Program-made: the position numbers and the translations under genes
In this document: positions 1 through 9,866 of the stretch, piece after piece
Layout of the letters: each line of letters begins with the position of its first letter
Numbering within the stretch: the stretch's first letter is position 1
The notes under the pieces: generated by a model
What the model was told of the DNA's origin: nothing
Database searches by the model: none
What the model saw: the letters and a program-made list of their open reading frames with translations, nothing else
Assembly (NCBI GenBank): GCA_964535935.1
Contig: CAZHWM010000012.1
Location: 131,232-191,314 of the forward strand
Source: an uncultured Planctomycetales bacterium
GTDB taxonomy: Bacteria; Omnitrophota; Gorgyraeia; Zapsychrales; Zapsychraceae
DNA length: 60,083 bases
Reading direction: 5' to 3'

Positions 1-74
1 AGGCATTTGCTGCAAGATTGTTCCCTTCAATATATGTGGCAGTAAATAAAAAAGTAATAAAATAATTAAATATC

Positions 75-1076
75 TTAATTTATAAAATCAACCCCATCTG
101 CCGTAATCTTGAACATATTAAATACGCTATTCACACTTATCGCATCCATGCATGAATGCAATAAGCCAGATTTAGGATATTTGCATTTTTCACAAGATAT
201 ATTATTTCTTATAAAGCTACTATTATTAGACCATGGCCCGTATCTTTCAGGTGAAGTGGGGCCGAATATAGCCAGAACAGGCACATTAAGATAACTTGCT
301 AGATGCATTGGTGCACTATCATTTGTAATAACAAGCAGTGCATTTTTTATCACCTCAGCCAATTGGATTAAACTTGTCTTGCCAGCTATATCCATTGCAG
401 GGGCCTTCATTTCTTTTAATATTTTAACAACAATATTTTTGTCTTCGCCTGCATCCCCAATCAACACCACTTTTATATTATAAATATTAATAATCTTGTC
501 ACATAATTCAGCGAACCTATTATATCCCCATCGTTTACTTTTATCAGCTGCTCCTGGAGATACTATTATGTATCTATTATCACTGTCTTTAAATTCATTA
601 TTAAGTAAATTTTTTATATAAGAGCTGTCTTTTTCTGTTATAAATAGTGAGTATCTTGTATTTGAGATATTCCGATACGGATAAATGGATTTTAATCTAT
701 TAAGATGCTCATCGCGTACATGAAGACATCTACCAACTCTTCTCCGCCATAATGGTGTCATATAACGAGGAGCAATAAACAATGGTATCATTGTGTTACG
801 CAGATCTACCACTAAATCATATCGTGTTTTTAATAATTTTAATATCCATCTCGCAGAGGACAACCATGGCTGATGTTTGTTGAATATATATATATGATGA
901 AAATTGGGATTACTATATAACAGCCCTTTCGCTTTAGGACCCACTACAACAGATATCTGTGCCTTAGGGAAGTCTCTCTTTAAAATATCTAATACAGGGA
1001 ATGTAAGGACTACATCCCCTATATTAGAAAGAGAAATAACCAATATTTTGCGAATTTTTGTTTTATCCATTAGCAT
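75..1076 (-). CDS. Glycosyltransferase family 9 (ADP-heptose:LPS heptosyltransferase-like)
   Basis: N-terminal ILVISLSNIGDVVL, YDLVVDL, SPGA..KRW and ITNDSAPMHLA..PVLAIFGPT are GT9 motifs; lies in the LPS cluster. Confidence 0.88.
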   Translation of the reverse strand: MLMDKTKIRKILVISLSNIGDVVLTFPVLDILKRDFPKAQISVVVGPKAKGLLYSNPNFHHIYIFNKHQPWLSSARWILKLLKTRYDLVVDLRNTMIPLFIAPRYMTPLWRRRVGRCLHVRDEHLNRLKSIYPYRNISNTRYSLFITEKDSSYIKNLLNNEFKDSDNRYIIVSPGAADKSKRWGYNRFAELCDKIINIYNIKVVLIGDAGEDKNIVVKILKEMKAPAMDIAGKTSLIQLAEVIKNALLVITNDSAPMHLASYLNVPVLAIFGPTSPERYGPWSNNSSFIRNNISCEKCKYPKSGLLHSCMDAISVNSVFNMFKITADGVDFIN

Positions 1077-1125
1077 TTACTAACTTTTGTCAGCAGTATT
1101 CACAATTTAAGCTGAGTGATATCTA

Positions 1126-2148
1126 TCAGATAAGGAAAGGCCTTGCTGCATTGACTACGTCGTAAACTGTTACAGCTTGCATACATATGTTGTCTTTACA
1201 CTTTAACTGGTAACATGCTTTTCGATTACAGCCTATATACTTGTGTAAAACAGTTGCCTTTCCGGTTCCTCGTGGGCCAGTAAGTTCCGGACGAGTCGGG
1301 CCAAATATGGCAACAACATCAGTTCCTGTACTGTTAGCTATATGTAGAGGGCCTGTATCTGCAGAGATTACAAGTGTTGCTTTAGAAAGTAAAGCTATCA
1401 TTTCTGCTAATGTGGTATTTCCTGCTAGTATGATCACTGATTTTATTCCCGATATTTTTTTTATTTCTTCTGCCAAGGGTTTGTCTTTTTCTGCACCGGT
1501 TATAATTATTTTTATTTGTGAAAATTCAGCAAGTTTTTTTATAACTAGTGCGTAATTTTTTTTATCCCAACGTTTTAGGTCCCAGTTGCCACCAGGATTA
1601 ATAATGACAAATTTATCATCTTTATTTATACCATTATCTTTCAATTTTTTTTCAATACTGGTTATAGCTTTAGCCAAAGGCATGATGCGTGTATGTCTAT
1701 CTTGTATTTTGATACCCATATATTCTATCACATTAAGATAATAGTCAGCCCTATGAATATCATATCTTGGAAAAGGGACCTTATGTGTTAAAAATATTCC
1801 TCTTTTTTTAGTATCATAACCAACTCTTATAGGTATACCTGCCATAAACGCCATGGCTGCCCTAGTCATGGATTTATGTAATATAAACACGGAATCAAAA
1901 TTTTTTTGTCTCAAATTCATTATAAGATTTAATTTTCCCAATATACTTCTATGCCTTCGAGCCTCATCGTATATGATGATTTCATCTATATAAGGAATAC
2001 AATCTAAAATATCTTTTATTCGTGGTACTGCCAAACAACTGATTTTTGATTGTGGATATGCCTGTTTAATTGCCTTAAACACAGGGGAGGAGAATACAGC
2101 ATCACCTATCCAGTTGATGTTAATAACAAGAATTTTCTTTAATATCAT
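1126..2148 (-). CDS. waaF: GT9 heptosyltransferase, WaaF/RfaF-like
   Basis: NWIGDAVFSSP, NPGGNWDLKRW and ISADTGPLHIA..AIFGPT match heptosyltransferase II; exact acceptor specificity cannot be read from sequence. Confidence 0.75.
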   Translation of the reverse strand: MILKKILVININWIGDAVFSSPVFKAIKQAYPQSKISCLAVPRIKDILDCIPYIDEIIIYDEARRHRSILGKLNLIMNLRQKNFDSVFILHKSMTRAAMAFMAGIPIRVGYDTKKRGIFLTHKVPFPRYDIHRADYYLNVIEYMGIKIQDRHTRIMPLAKAITSIEKKLKDNGINKDDKFVIINPGGNWDLKRWDKKNYALVIKKLAEFSQIKIIITGAEKDKPLAEEIKKISGIKSVIILAGNTTLAEMIALLSKATLVISADTGPLHIANSTGTDVVAIFGPTRPELTGPRGTGKATVLHKYIGCNRKACYQLKCKDNICMQAVTVYDVVNAARPFLI

Positions 2149-3257
2149 ATGTCTTTGTCTTTGTTAATAAATTTTTTATATACTTTCATTGTCTCTTCTG
2201 CCATGCCTTCAGCAGAATAGTTATTAAATGCATACTCTCTTGCCATAGTCCCTAATCTGTTTGCCAGCTGTCTATCCTGTATAAGGGCAATAATGGCATT
2301 AGACAATTGTTTTATATTTTCCGATTCAACAAGAAGACCTGTCTTATTATGTTGTACTACATATGGAAGACCTCCTATTTTGGATACTATAACCGGCAAA
2401 CCAGCAGCCTGTGCCTCCATTACTGCAAGCCCAAGTCCTTCTGAACGTGATGGCATAACAAATATATCTATAAGAGAAAGAATTTCTGTAGTATCGCTAA
2501 CATTAGGATAAAAGATTATCTTATCTATTATTCTATGTTCTTTTGCCAATTGTCTCAATGTAGATTTTGTTTTTCCCTCTCCAGCGATAAACAACCTAAC
2601 ATGAGGAAATCTCTTACATACTTCACCCATAGCATGTATAAGAATGTCATGACCTTTTACTGATGAAAGTCTTGCTATAATACCTATAATAATATCTTCT
2701 TCTGAGAGATTATATTTGTTCCTCAATTCTTTTTTTTTATGTAATGCACATAAAGAGAATCTTTTTAAGTCTATTCCATTTAATATAAAAAATATCTTAT
2801 TATCTGTAACCCCTAAATCTTGTTGTAAGTGTGCCTTTACAGCAGGACTAATTGCTATTACTGCATCTCCCCAACATCCGAATATTTTTCTAGATAATCG
2901 TGGTTTAAAATAACCATGGCAGGTTGTTATGTGTGCGACCTTTGTCATTTTATTTAAAAAAGTACCCATAACTTGTGTGATACGTGTCTGGGAATGTATA
3001 ATATCTATTTTATTTTTTTGTATATATCTTTTTAGAGAAGGTATAGCCATATATATTTTAGGAGAAAGTTCTGATTTTGTTTTAATATTTATTATAAATA
3101 AATCTGCTCCTATAGATTTAAAATTTTCCTCCTCTTCCCCTCCACTGCTTGCTATAAAAATTTTATGTCCTTGACTATAAAATATTTTACTAAGCGTAAA
3201 TATGTAGCTGGTTATACCACCTTTATTTATATGTGTTGATAAAAATAATATGTTCAT
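2145..3257 (-). CDS. Glycosyltransferase family 4 (GT-B fold)
   Basis: GGITSY N-terminal motif, IARLSSVKGH, PSRSEGLGLAVMEAQAAG (E-x7-E); 4-bp ATGA overlap with the downstream GT9. Confidence 0.9.
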   Translation of the reverse strand: MNILFLSTHINKGGITSYIFTLSKIFYSQGHKIFIASSGGEEEENFKSIGADLFIINIKTKSELSPKIYMAIPSLKRYIQKNKIDIIHSQTRITQVMGTFLNKMTKVAHITTCHGYFKPRLSRKIFGCWGDAVIAISPAVKAHLQQDLGVTDNKIFFILNGIDLKRFSLCALHKKKELRNKYNLSEEDIIIGIIARLSSVKGHDILIHAMGEVCKRFPHVRLFIAGEGKTKSTLRQLAKEHRIIDKIIFYPNVSDTTEILSLIDIFVMPSRSEGLGLAVMEAQAAGLPVIVSKIGGLPYVVQHNKTGLLVESENIKQLSNAIIALIQDRQLANRLGTMAREYAFNNYSAEGMAEETMKVYKKFINKDKDI

Positions 3258-3262
3258 CCCTC

Positions 3263-5353
3263 TTATCCTTCATCTATCATTTCATCTATTTTGGCTAAAA
3301 CTTCTTCAGGAGTTATTTCTTTCATACAATAATGTATTTTTTTCCTGCAAAAACCTTTATAACAAGGCGCACAGGCTACTGCTTTTTGAATAATTGATAT
3401 CTTTTCTGCGGGCGGAACATGTCGTTTTGCAGATGTAGGCCCGAATAAACCTATACATGGCACCCCCATAGCAGCTGCTATATGAAGCGGTGCAGAATCA
3501 GGACTTATGTATACTTTACAACGTTTTATAAGAGCTGCTAATTGTAATATATCTGTCCTACCAATAAATATTGCAGGTTTAGATTGTGTTATTGAAAGTA
3601 ATATATGGGCACGTGCTTTATCTTTTTCTGTCCCGGTTATTATAGTTCGTATATTTCTTTCTGCTAACATGTCGCATAATTTAGCTATGTGTTCTAATGG
3701 CCAATTTTTACTTTCCCATTTAGCTGAGGCAGCCAGACTAATTCCTATAATATTATCTGTGTTGCCAAGCCATTCTGAATCCAATAAGGATAAGACATAT
3801 TTTATATCTTCATGAGACGGCCATAATTTAAGTTTATATTTTTTATCATATTTTATTCCTAACATTTCCAATAGAATAAATTGATGTCGAACGGGCGGGA
3901 TATCTCTCTTGATATCTTTTATTTTATTTGATAGCAAAAAACTAAATTTACCGTTATCATATCCATAACTTTGTTTGGGAAAACTCAGAAATGATATAAT
4001 ATGGCTCTTTTTATTATTTTGAAGATCTATAACTTTATCGAATTTATTTTTTCTTAAATTTTTACAAAATCTTAATAAGCCGTATCCATGATGTTTTCTT
4101 TTATCGAATAAAATCAGCTCATCTATATATGGACAATTTTTTAATATCTTGTTATATTCTACATTTGTAACACAGCTAATTTTTGCCTTCGGGAACCGTT
4201 CTCTTATTGCCCGCAAAGCGGGTATTGATAGGATAATATCCCCTGCAGAACTCATCTTTATAATAAGAATATTTTGTCGCTCCAATAATTCTTGATACAC
4301 ATTAATTGTATTTTCACACATTTTTTCAACAGTAAATCTTTGCTTCAATTGTTTTTTAGCCGCCTTAATTATTTTTTTAGATAAATTTCTATCGTTTAAT
4401 AACCTATATACCTGGTCTGCCATGGAATCAATATCCTTTGCCTCAACCAATAATCCGGTTTTTTCATGTTGAATAATATCAATAACTCCTCCCACTTTAG
4501 TTGCTACTACAGCTACGCCTGCTGCTTGCGCTTCTAATATAACCCTACCAAACGATTCCTGTGTTATAGTTGAGAGTACAAGGACATCTGTTTTTGCAAG
4601 GAGTTCAGGTATATCTTTTCGTTTACCCAAAAACTCCACTTTATCATTAATCCCCAATCTATGAACGAGCACCTCTAGCTCCTGACGATAATGTTCTTTT
4701 TGTGCAGGGGCATCGCCAATAATCCATATTTTTATATATGGAGTCTTTTGTATGATTTTGGCCATGGCCTTTAAAAAATAACTATGGCCTTTTAAAGGTG
4801 TAATTCTTCCTACAATAGAGATTGTATAATAATCCTTTTTATCATCACCTCGTTTAATATTAAATCGCTCTATATCTACACTTCTTGGTATACAACGTAT
4901 ATCTTCAGAATCTACTCCAAAAGTCTCTACCATATGCCTAGCTATAACTTTACTGGGAACAATTACAAGCTTGCCCCATCCCATAACACGGCTAAATAAA
5001 ATACTTTTATAATATCCATGGCAGGTAGTAACAAAGACTGCATTTGTCCCCCGGCAGGCGAAATATGCTATCCAAGCTGGGACACGTGAACGCGCATGGA
5101 CAATATCTATTTTTTCTTCTATGATAATTTTACGTAGAGGTTTTATCATTTTACATACGGTAAATAGGGACTTTTTGTGAACAGGAAGGGTATAATGTCT
5201 ACTGCCAGTTTCTAAGAGCGTATCAACAAGGTCCCCTCCATTCGAAACAACTATAGAAGTATGACCTTTCTTAACCAGATATCTGGCAAAATCTATGGTG
5301 CCAGTCTCAACACCACCTACATTCAGTTCAGGAAGAATTTGAAGAACTCGCAT
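3263..5353 (-). CDS. Fused GT4 (N-terminal ~355 aa) + GT9 heptosyltransferase-like (C-terminal) glycosyltransferase
   Basis: GT4: GGVETG, GRITPLKGH, ESFGRVILEAQAAG. Then in the same frame GT9: NILIIKMSSAGDIILSIP, DKVIDLQ, ISPDSAPLHIAAAMG..GLFGPT. Confidence 0.88.
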   Translation of the reverse strand: MRVLQILPELNVGGVETGTIDFARYLVKKGHTSIVVSNGGDLVDTLLETGSRHYTLPVHKKSLFTVCKMIKPLRKIIIEEKIDIVHARSRVPAWIAYFACRGTNAVFVTTCHGYYKSILFSRVMGWGKLVIVPSKVIARHMVETFGVDSEDIRCIPRSVDIERFNIKRGDDKKDYYTISIVGRITPLKGHSYFLKAMAKIIQKTPYIKIWIIGDAPAQKEHYRQELEVLVHRLGINDKVEFLGKRKDIPELLAKTDVLVLSTITQESFGRVILEAQAAGVAVVATKVGGVIDIIQHEKTGLLVEAKDIDSMADQVYRLLNDRNLSKKIIKAAKKQLKQRFTVEKMCENTINVYQELLERQNILIIKMSSAGDIILSIPALRAIRERFPKAKISCVTNVEYNKILKNCPYIDELILFDKRKHHGYGLLRFCKNLRKNKFDKVIDLQNNKKSHIISFLSFPKQSYGYDNGKFSFLLSNKIKDIKRDIPPVRHQFILLEMLGIKYDKKYKLKLWPSHEDIKYVLSLLDSEWLGNTDNIIGISLAASAKWESKNWPLEHIAKLCDMLAERNIRTIITGTEKDKARAHILLSITQSKPAIFIGRTDILQLAALIKRCKVYISPDSAPLHIAAAMGVPCIGLFGPTSAKRHVPPAEKISIIQKAVACAPCYKGFCRKKIHYCMKEITPEEVLAKIDEMIDEG

Positions 5354-5367
5354 GAGTACAAAAATAA

Positions 5368-5394
5368 ATCCTGCATATAAAAAACAAGCAGGAT
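5368..5394 (-). terminator. Possible intrinsic terminator/hairpin between the LpxL::ELM1 gene and the GT4::GT9 gene
   Basis: Minus strand ATCCTGC-13 nt-GCAGGAT followed by TTATTTTT; short 7-bp stem with a long loop, so weak. Confidence 0.35.
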
Positions 5395-5434
5395 ATTCCT
5401 AATATTTTTATTAATAAAATCTTATCTTCTACTA

Positions 5435-7399
5435 TTATATGATTTGCTTTATAGCATCCGTTATTATATTGCAGTCATCTATCCTCCTAGTGTGTATCTT
5501 CCCCTTTGCTATATCAATGATATTGTGACATAAATCTTTGACATTTGAAGAAAAAATATATCCATCTGCACTTAATTTATCTATGAACCTTTTATGTTTA
5601 TTTGGATAAGGGAGAAATTTTTCTTTAAAACAAGGGATAAATACTATGGTCTCCTTACCAGAGTTAACTGCTTCTGATATCATAGAGATACTATCACCAG
5701 ACACCACTACAATATCAGATAATCCAAGTATGCCACCTACTGCTTCAGGGATATTATTTTGGTTTGCTAAAATAAGCAGTTGGCAAGAAGGATTACGTTT
5801 TAATTCTTTTGCTAAAAGTGTCTCTATTTTAGGAGGTGTCCTTCGAGAGGTTGTTATAAGTATATCCGCATTTAAATTATCAGCCGCTTGTGAAAGCTGG
5901 CTGATTAATATGCGTATTTGTTTAAGACTAATAAATACGTCTTTTGCATCTCCACCAATAAAAACTCCTATTTTTTTTCTTAAGCTGTTTTTAAGATGAG
6001 AAAAACGCGTAAGTAATAACTCTTTTTGTTTATTTAGATATTCTGGAGTTATTAAATTTAATGATGCATAACTGACTACTATTTTGGGATTTTTTTTATC
6101 TTTGTGCGATACATCATGTTGAGGTAAAATTACAAGATCATAATTTTCGTAACTCATCAGTCCTGGTTTAAGAATACATATACTTTTTGCATTATTGTCC
6201 AATGATAAAAAAGTATTCACAGCAGCTAATGATGAACCGCATGATATAACAAAATCAGGCCTGCTGGTCATTATTTCATTATAACTATCTTCATTTAAAA
6301 AATGTCTCAATACTCCAAAATGGTTTTGATTAATAAAAGGTAATAGCAAGGGAGCTAAAACAGAAAATATTCGATATAAACTCTTAGTTTTAAATACTAC
6401 TTTGGTGGTATTAAGACTAGTCTCTACATGGCGATCTGCCATAATTTTTTTAAGAATTTGTGCGGCCATTTGAGATTGTCTTAAATGGCCGATCTTATCA
6501 TCACTTAATATAGTAATAGCTGCCTCATTCGAATATTTCCATATTTTATAAAACCACATATATTCTTCTGGATATTGCCTTACATATTCTTCCATAATTG
6601 CTGTCACTTTTCTCAGATTTGTTTGAATGTCTTTATCAATATTGCCCGTATTATCCAAATGGATTGGTTTATCTATAATAATACGATGGCGATGATTTTT
6701 CTCTCTTATAATAACAGTACAACATATAGGGACATCAAACTTTAACCCTATACGTATCGCTCCAACAGACATTGAGGCTTGTTTTCCAAAAAAAGGAGCT
6801 AAAACACCATCACGACCACCTTGATCTACAACCATTCCTACGACTTCATTATTTTTAAGACTTTTTATAAGATCTCTCGTCCCAATACCTCTAGATAAAA
6901 CTATAGAACCACCACATTCTCTATAAGAATTCAATAGTCTGTCAATACGAGAATATTTATGTTGAGGTTTAACTATTACCTTATATGGATGGCCTAACAT
7001 CGCGCAGGATAAACTTGCTAATTCCCAACTCCCAAAATGCATAGCCAATAAAATAACACCTCGGCCTTTTTTCAACGAAGCCTCTACGTGTTCTTTACCT
7101 TCTATAGAGACAATTTCACTAAATTTAGATTTATTCAATAACGGAAGCCTTAATAAATCTATTAAATTTTGCCCATAATTTTTAAATAATTTTTTTGTAA
7201 TCTTTTTTAACTCATGGCCATCTTTCTCATTAGCAAATGCAGTTTTAAGATTGGCATAAACTTGAGCACGGTGTTTTCTGTCAAAATAATAAAACAATAT
7301 CCCAATCCCTCTACCTATTGCGAGAGCATAACCTAAAGGCAAAAGGCGTATTATAAAACCCAAAAATTTAACACTGTAATAGATGATTGATTCTTTCAA
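5435..7399 (-). CDS. Fusion of lipid A late acyltransferase (LpxL/HtrB family) and ELM1/GtrOC1-family putative glycosyltransferase
   Basis: N-half: LAMHFGSWE (H-x4-acid), MVVDQ, PFFG..AS, YPEEYMWFYKIWK. C-half: VISCG, VILPQHD, IGVFIGG, TTSRRTP, VVSGDSISMISEAVNSGK (ELM1 motifs). TTG start overlaps the lpxK end. Confidence 0.85.
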   Translation of the reverse strand: MKESIIYYSVKFLGFIIRLLPLGYALAIGRGIGILFYYFDRKHRAQVYANLKTAFANEKDGHELKKITKKLFKNYGQNLIDLLRLPLLNKSKFSEIVSIEGKEHVEASLKKGRGVILLAMHFGSWELASLSCAMLGHPYKVIVKPQHKYSRIDRLLNSYRECGGSIVLSRGIGTRDLIKSLKNNEVVGMVVDQGGRDGVLAPFFGKQASMSVGAIRIGLKFDVPICCTVIIREKNHRHRIIIDKPIHLDNTGNIDKDIQTNLRKVTAIMEEYVRQYPEEYMWFYKIWKYSNEAAITILSDDKIGHLRQSQMAAQILKKIMADRHVETSLNTTKVVFKTKSLYRIFSVLAPLLLPFINQNHFGVLRHFLNEDSYNEIMTSRPDFVISCGSSLAAVNTFLSLDNNAKSICILKPGLMSYENYDLVILPQHDVSHKDKKNPKIVVSYASLNLITPEYLNKQKELLLTRFSHLKNSLRKKIGVFIGGDAKDVFISLKQIRILISQLSQAADNLNADILITTSRRTPPKIETLLAKELKRNPSCQLLILANQNNIPEAVGGILGLSDIVVVSGDSISMISEAVNSGKETIVFIPCFKEKFLPYPNKHKRFIDKLSADGYIFSSNVKDLCHNIIDIAKGKIHTRRIDDCNIITDAIKQII

Positions 7400-8501
7400 T
7401 AAGGACGTCCTTCCCTTTTGTTATATATATCTCTATTTCTAAATAAAAAATTACGATATTCTTAAAATAACAACTATATTTATGAAGTTTTACTGCATCT
7501 TTTTCAGTAGTTATTATTATATTAACATTCTCTAAACAACATTGACTGCATATATAATCGATATCATTTATATTATAAATATAATGATCGATAAAGAAAA
7601 AATTTTTTTCAATAATACATCCTATACCTTCTAACGTCTTTTTAAAAGATAAACTATCCCCTATACTGGCCAAAGCAGCTATTTTTTTTCCTTTAACATA
7701 TTCTAATGATTCTTCTAATTTAGAAGATAACTCTTTAAGACATATAGGTTTATGTATTGTCTCAACAATAGGAATCCCATTTGCTATTTCATGTAATTTT
7801 CTTTTAATATATTCAATATTATGTATGCCTAAGTCTGTTTTAGTTAGTATAAAAATATCTGCTCTCTTTAATGCAGATATAGGTTCTCTAAGAATTCCTC
7901 GCGGCATTAAAAAACCATTTCCCCATGGATTTGTAGTATCTACAGCCACAATATCCATGTTCCTAAATAATTTTCTGTATTGAAACCCATCATCAAGAAT
8001 GAAAATATCTGCCTCATAGTTTTTTAAAAAATTAATAGCATTATTTATTCTATTAGGACCTACAATAATAGGAATATCGTAGTTCAACTTTTCCTTCAGC
8101 ATACATGCCTCATCACTAACAATTTTATATTGTCTCTGTTTATAATTAACACCTTCTTTTGTCCCTTTTTTTATAACAGATGCCCTGCCTGCCATATATC
8201 CACGTGTTAGAATAACAGGGTTCTTCTTATTATTTTCTTTTATCAATCTTGCAATCAATTCTACGATTGGGGTCTTACCAACTCCTCCAACAGTAATATT
8301 CCCTATACTTATCACCTTAGAAGGTAGTCGTGTTTGCGAAAAAATGCCTGCATCGTAACAATATGAAATCCATTTCACAATCAAATAGTAAATAAAGGAA
8401 AGAAATAGTAAGATAATTTTAATAGGTAAATAAATCAGACTATTTTTTTTATCAGTAGCAAGTGAATATAATACCTTTTTTAGTTTATTAATAATATCCA
8501 T
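7368..8501 (-). CDS. lpxK: Tetraacyldisaccharide 4'-kinase
   Basis: ISIGNITVGGVGKTP P-loop, ILTRGY, LDDGFQ, LREP, TTEKDAVK. Confidence 0.95.
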   Translation of the reverse strand: MDIINKLKKVLYSLATDKKNSLIYLPIKIILLFLSFIYYLIVKWISYCYDAGIFSQTRLPSKVISIGNITVGGVGKTPIVELIARLIKENNKKNPVILTRGYMAGRASVIKKGTKEGVNYKQRQYKIVSDEACMLKEKLNYDIPIIVGPNRINNAINFLKNYEADIFILDDGFQYRKLFRNMDIVAVDTTNPWGNGFLMPRGILREPISALKRADIFILTKTDLGIHNIEYIKRKLHEIANGIPIVETIHKPICLKELSSKLEESLEYVKGKKIAALASIGDSLSFKKTLEGIGCIIEKNFFFIDHYIYNINDIDYICSQCCLENVNIIITTEKDAVKLHKYSCYFKNIVIFYLEIEIYITKGKDVLIERINHLLQC

Positions 8502-8535
8502 TTCCTAAATCATGATTAAATCTGAAGGAAAACTA

Positions 8536-9825
8536 TCATTCAATTTTTCTAGATTTACTATGTAAAAGTAATTGGGACAATGCACTAAGGGTTTCGGCTG
8601 TTGCTCCTTGATTTTCTGTGACTACTTCTTTTGCTGCCTCTCCTATAGATTTTAACTTATTCGGATTTCGTAACAATTCCAAGATTTTATTAAATAATTC
8701 CTCAGTATTATTAACTTGGATGATAGCATTTCTTTTTAAAAACAACCTCACCACATCTTTAAAATTGTCAGCCCTAGGTCCTATAAATACTGGTTTACCA
8801 AAGGCAGCAGGTTCTATAATGTTTTGTCCTCCTCCTATGGTAAAAGTTTTTCCAATGAATACTATAGTGGCTATTTGATACAATGGTTTAAGCCAGCCTA
8901 TCTCATCAACTATTACTATCTCATTTAAATTTGATATTTCTCTTCCCTTTCTTAATTCAGAGAATACAACAGGTTGTAATCCTTTCTGTCTTACCAACTC
9001 TACAACATCTTTTGCCCTTTCAATATGTCTTGGAGCAATAATTAATCCTAAATATGGATTTTCTTTTCTTAACTGGATAAATATATCCACGATTATATTC
9101 TCTTCTCCTGGATGCGTGCTACCTGCAACAAAAATTTTATTTTTTCTTAATATCCCCAAATTTTCTATATCTACGTCTTTGGAATCTAGTGCTATATCGA
9201 ATTTAAGATTACCACATATTTTTACACGTTCAGGATTAGCCCCCATAGAGACGATTCTTTCAGCATCTGTTTTGGTTTGCATGCAAAATATATTCACATA
9301 TTTTAAAGATCTTTTTATAAAAAAAGATGCCATACGATACCATTTAAAAGATTTCTCTGATATCCTTCCGTTAATTTGCAATATAGGAATTCCTGCTTTA
9401 CCAAGTAACGTATATAAATTGGGCCATATCTCTGTTTCTGTAGATATATATACACTGGGTTTTATTTTATTTATATATCGTGCGACAATCCAGCTAAAAT
9501 CTAACGGTGAATAAATTACTATAGCATTATCTTTAAAACTTCTACGCGCAAGGTTGTTACCTGTTGGTGTAACAGTGGAACAAATAATCTGATATTGAGG
9601 AAATTTCTTTTTTATAAATTTAACAAATTTTATTATTGTCATAACCTCACCAACACTTACCGCATGTATCCATATCCTCTTTTCTGTAGCAAGCTTGGAC
9701 AACAACTTTTTATCTGGCCCCCAACATCTTGAGATAAAATCTTTATGCCATTTGCCTTTAATAATAAAATATGGCAAATAACTCAACGTAAAAAGTAAAT
9801 ATATAATATCGTAAAGAATAAACAT
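8536..9825 (-). CDS. waaA: 3-deoxy-D-manno-octulosonic acid (Kdo) transferase
   Basis: IWIHAVSVGE, ETEIWPN, NGRIS, GNLKFD, AGSTHPGEE, APRHIER, GGQNIIEPA. Confidence 0.95.
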   Translation of the reverse strand: MFILYDIIYLLFTLSYLPYFIIKGKWHKDFISRCWGPDKKLLSKLATEKRIWIHAVSVGEVMTIIKFVKFIKKKFPQYQIICSTVTPTGNNLARRSFKDNAIVIYSPLDFSWIVARYINKIKPSVYISTETEIWPNLYTLLGKAGIPILQINGRISEKSFKWYRMASFFIKRSLKYVNIFCMQTKTDAERIVSMGANPERVKICGNLKFDIALDSKDVDIENLGILRKNKIFVAGSTHPGEENIIVDIFIQLRKENPYLGLIIAPRHIERAKDVVELVRQKGLQPVVFSELRKGREISNLNEIVIVDEIGWLKPLYQIATIVFIGKTFTIGGGQNIIEPAAFGKPVFIGPRADNFKDVVRLFLKRNAIIQVNNTEELFNKILELLRNPNKLKSIGEAAKEVVTENQGATAETLSALSQLLLHSKSRKIE

Positions 9826-9866
9826 AATCCTACTTTTTTAAAACAAAATAATACACGACAGTAAAA

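Noticed and set aside
1-74. Possible start of a further minus-strand CDS at the left edge
   Set aside because: Too short to fix a frame or product.
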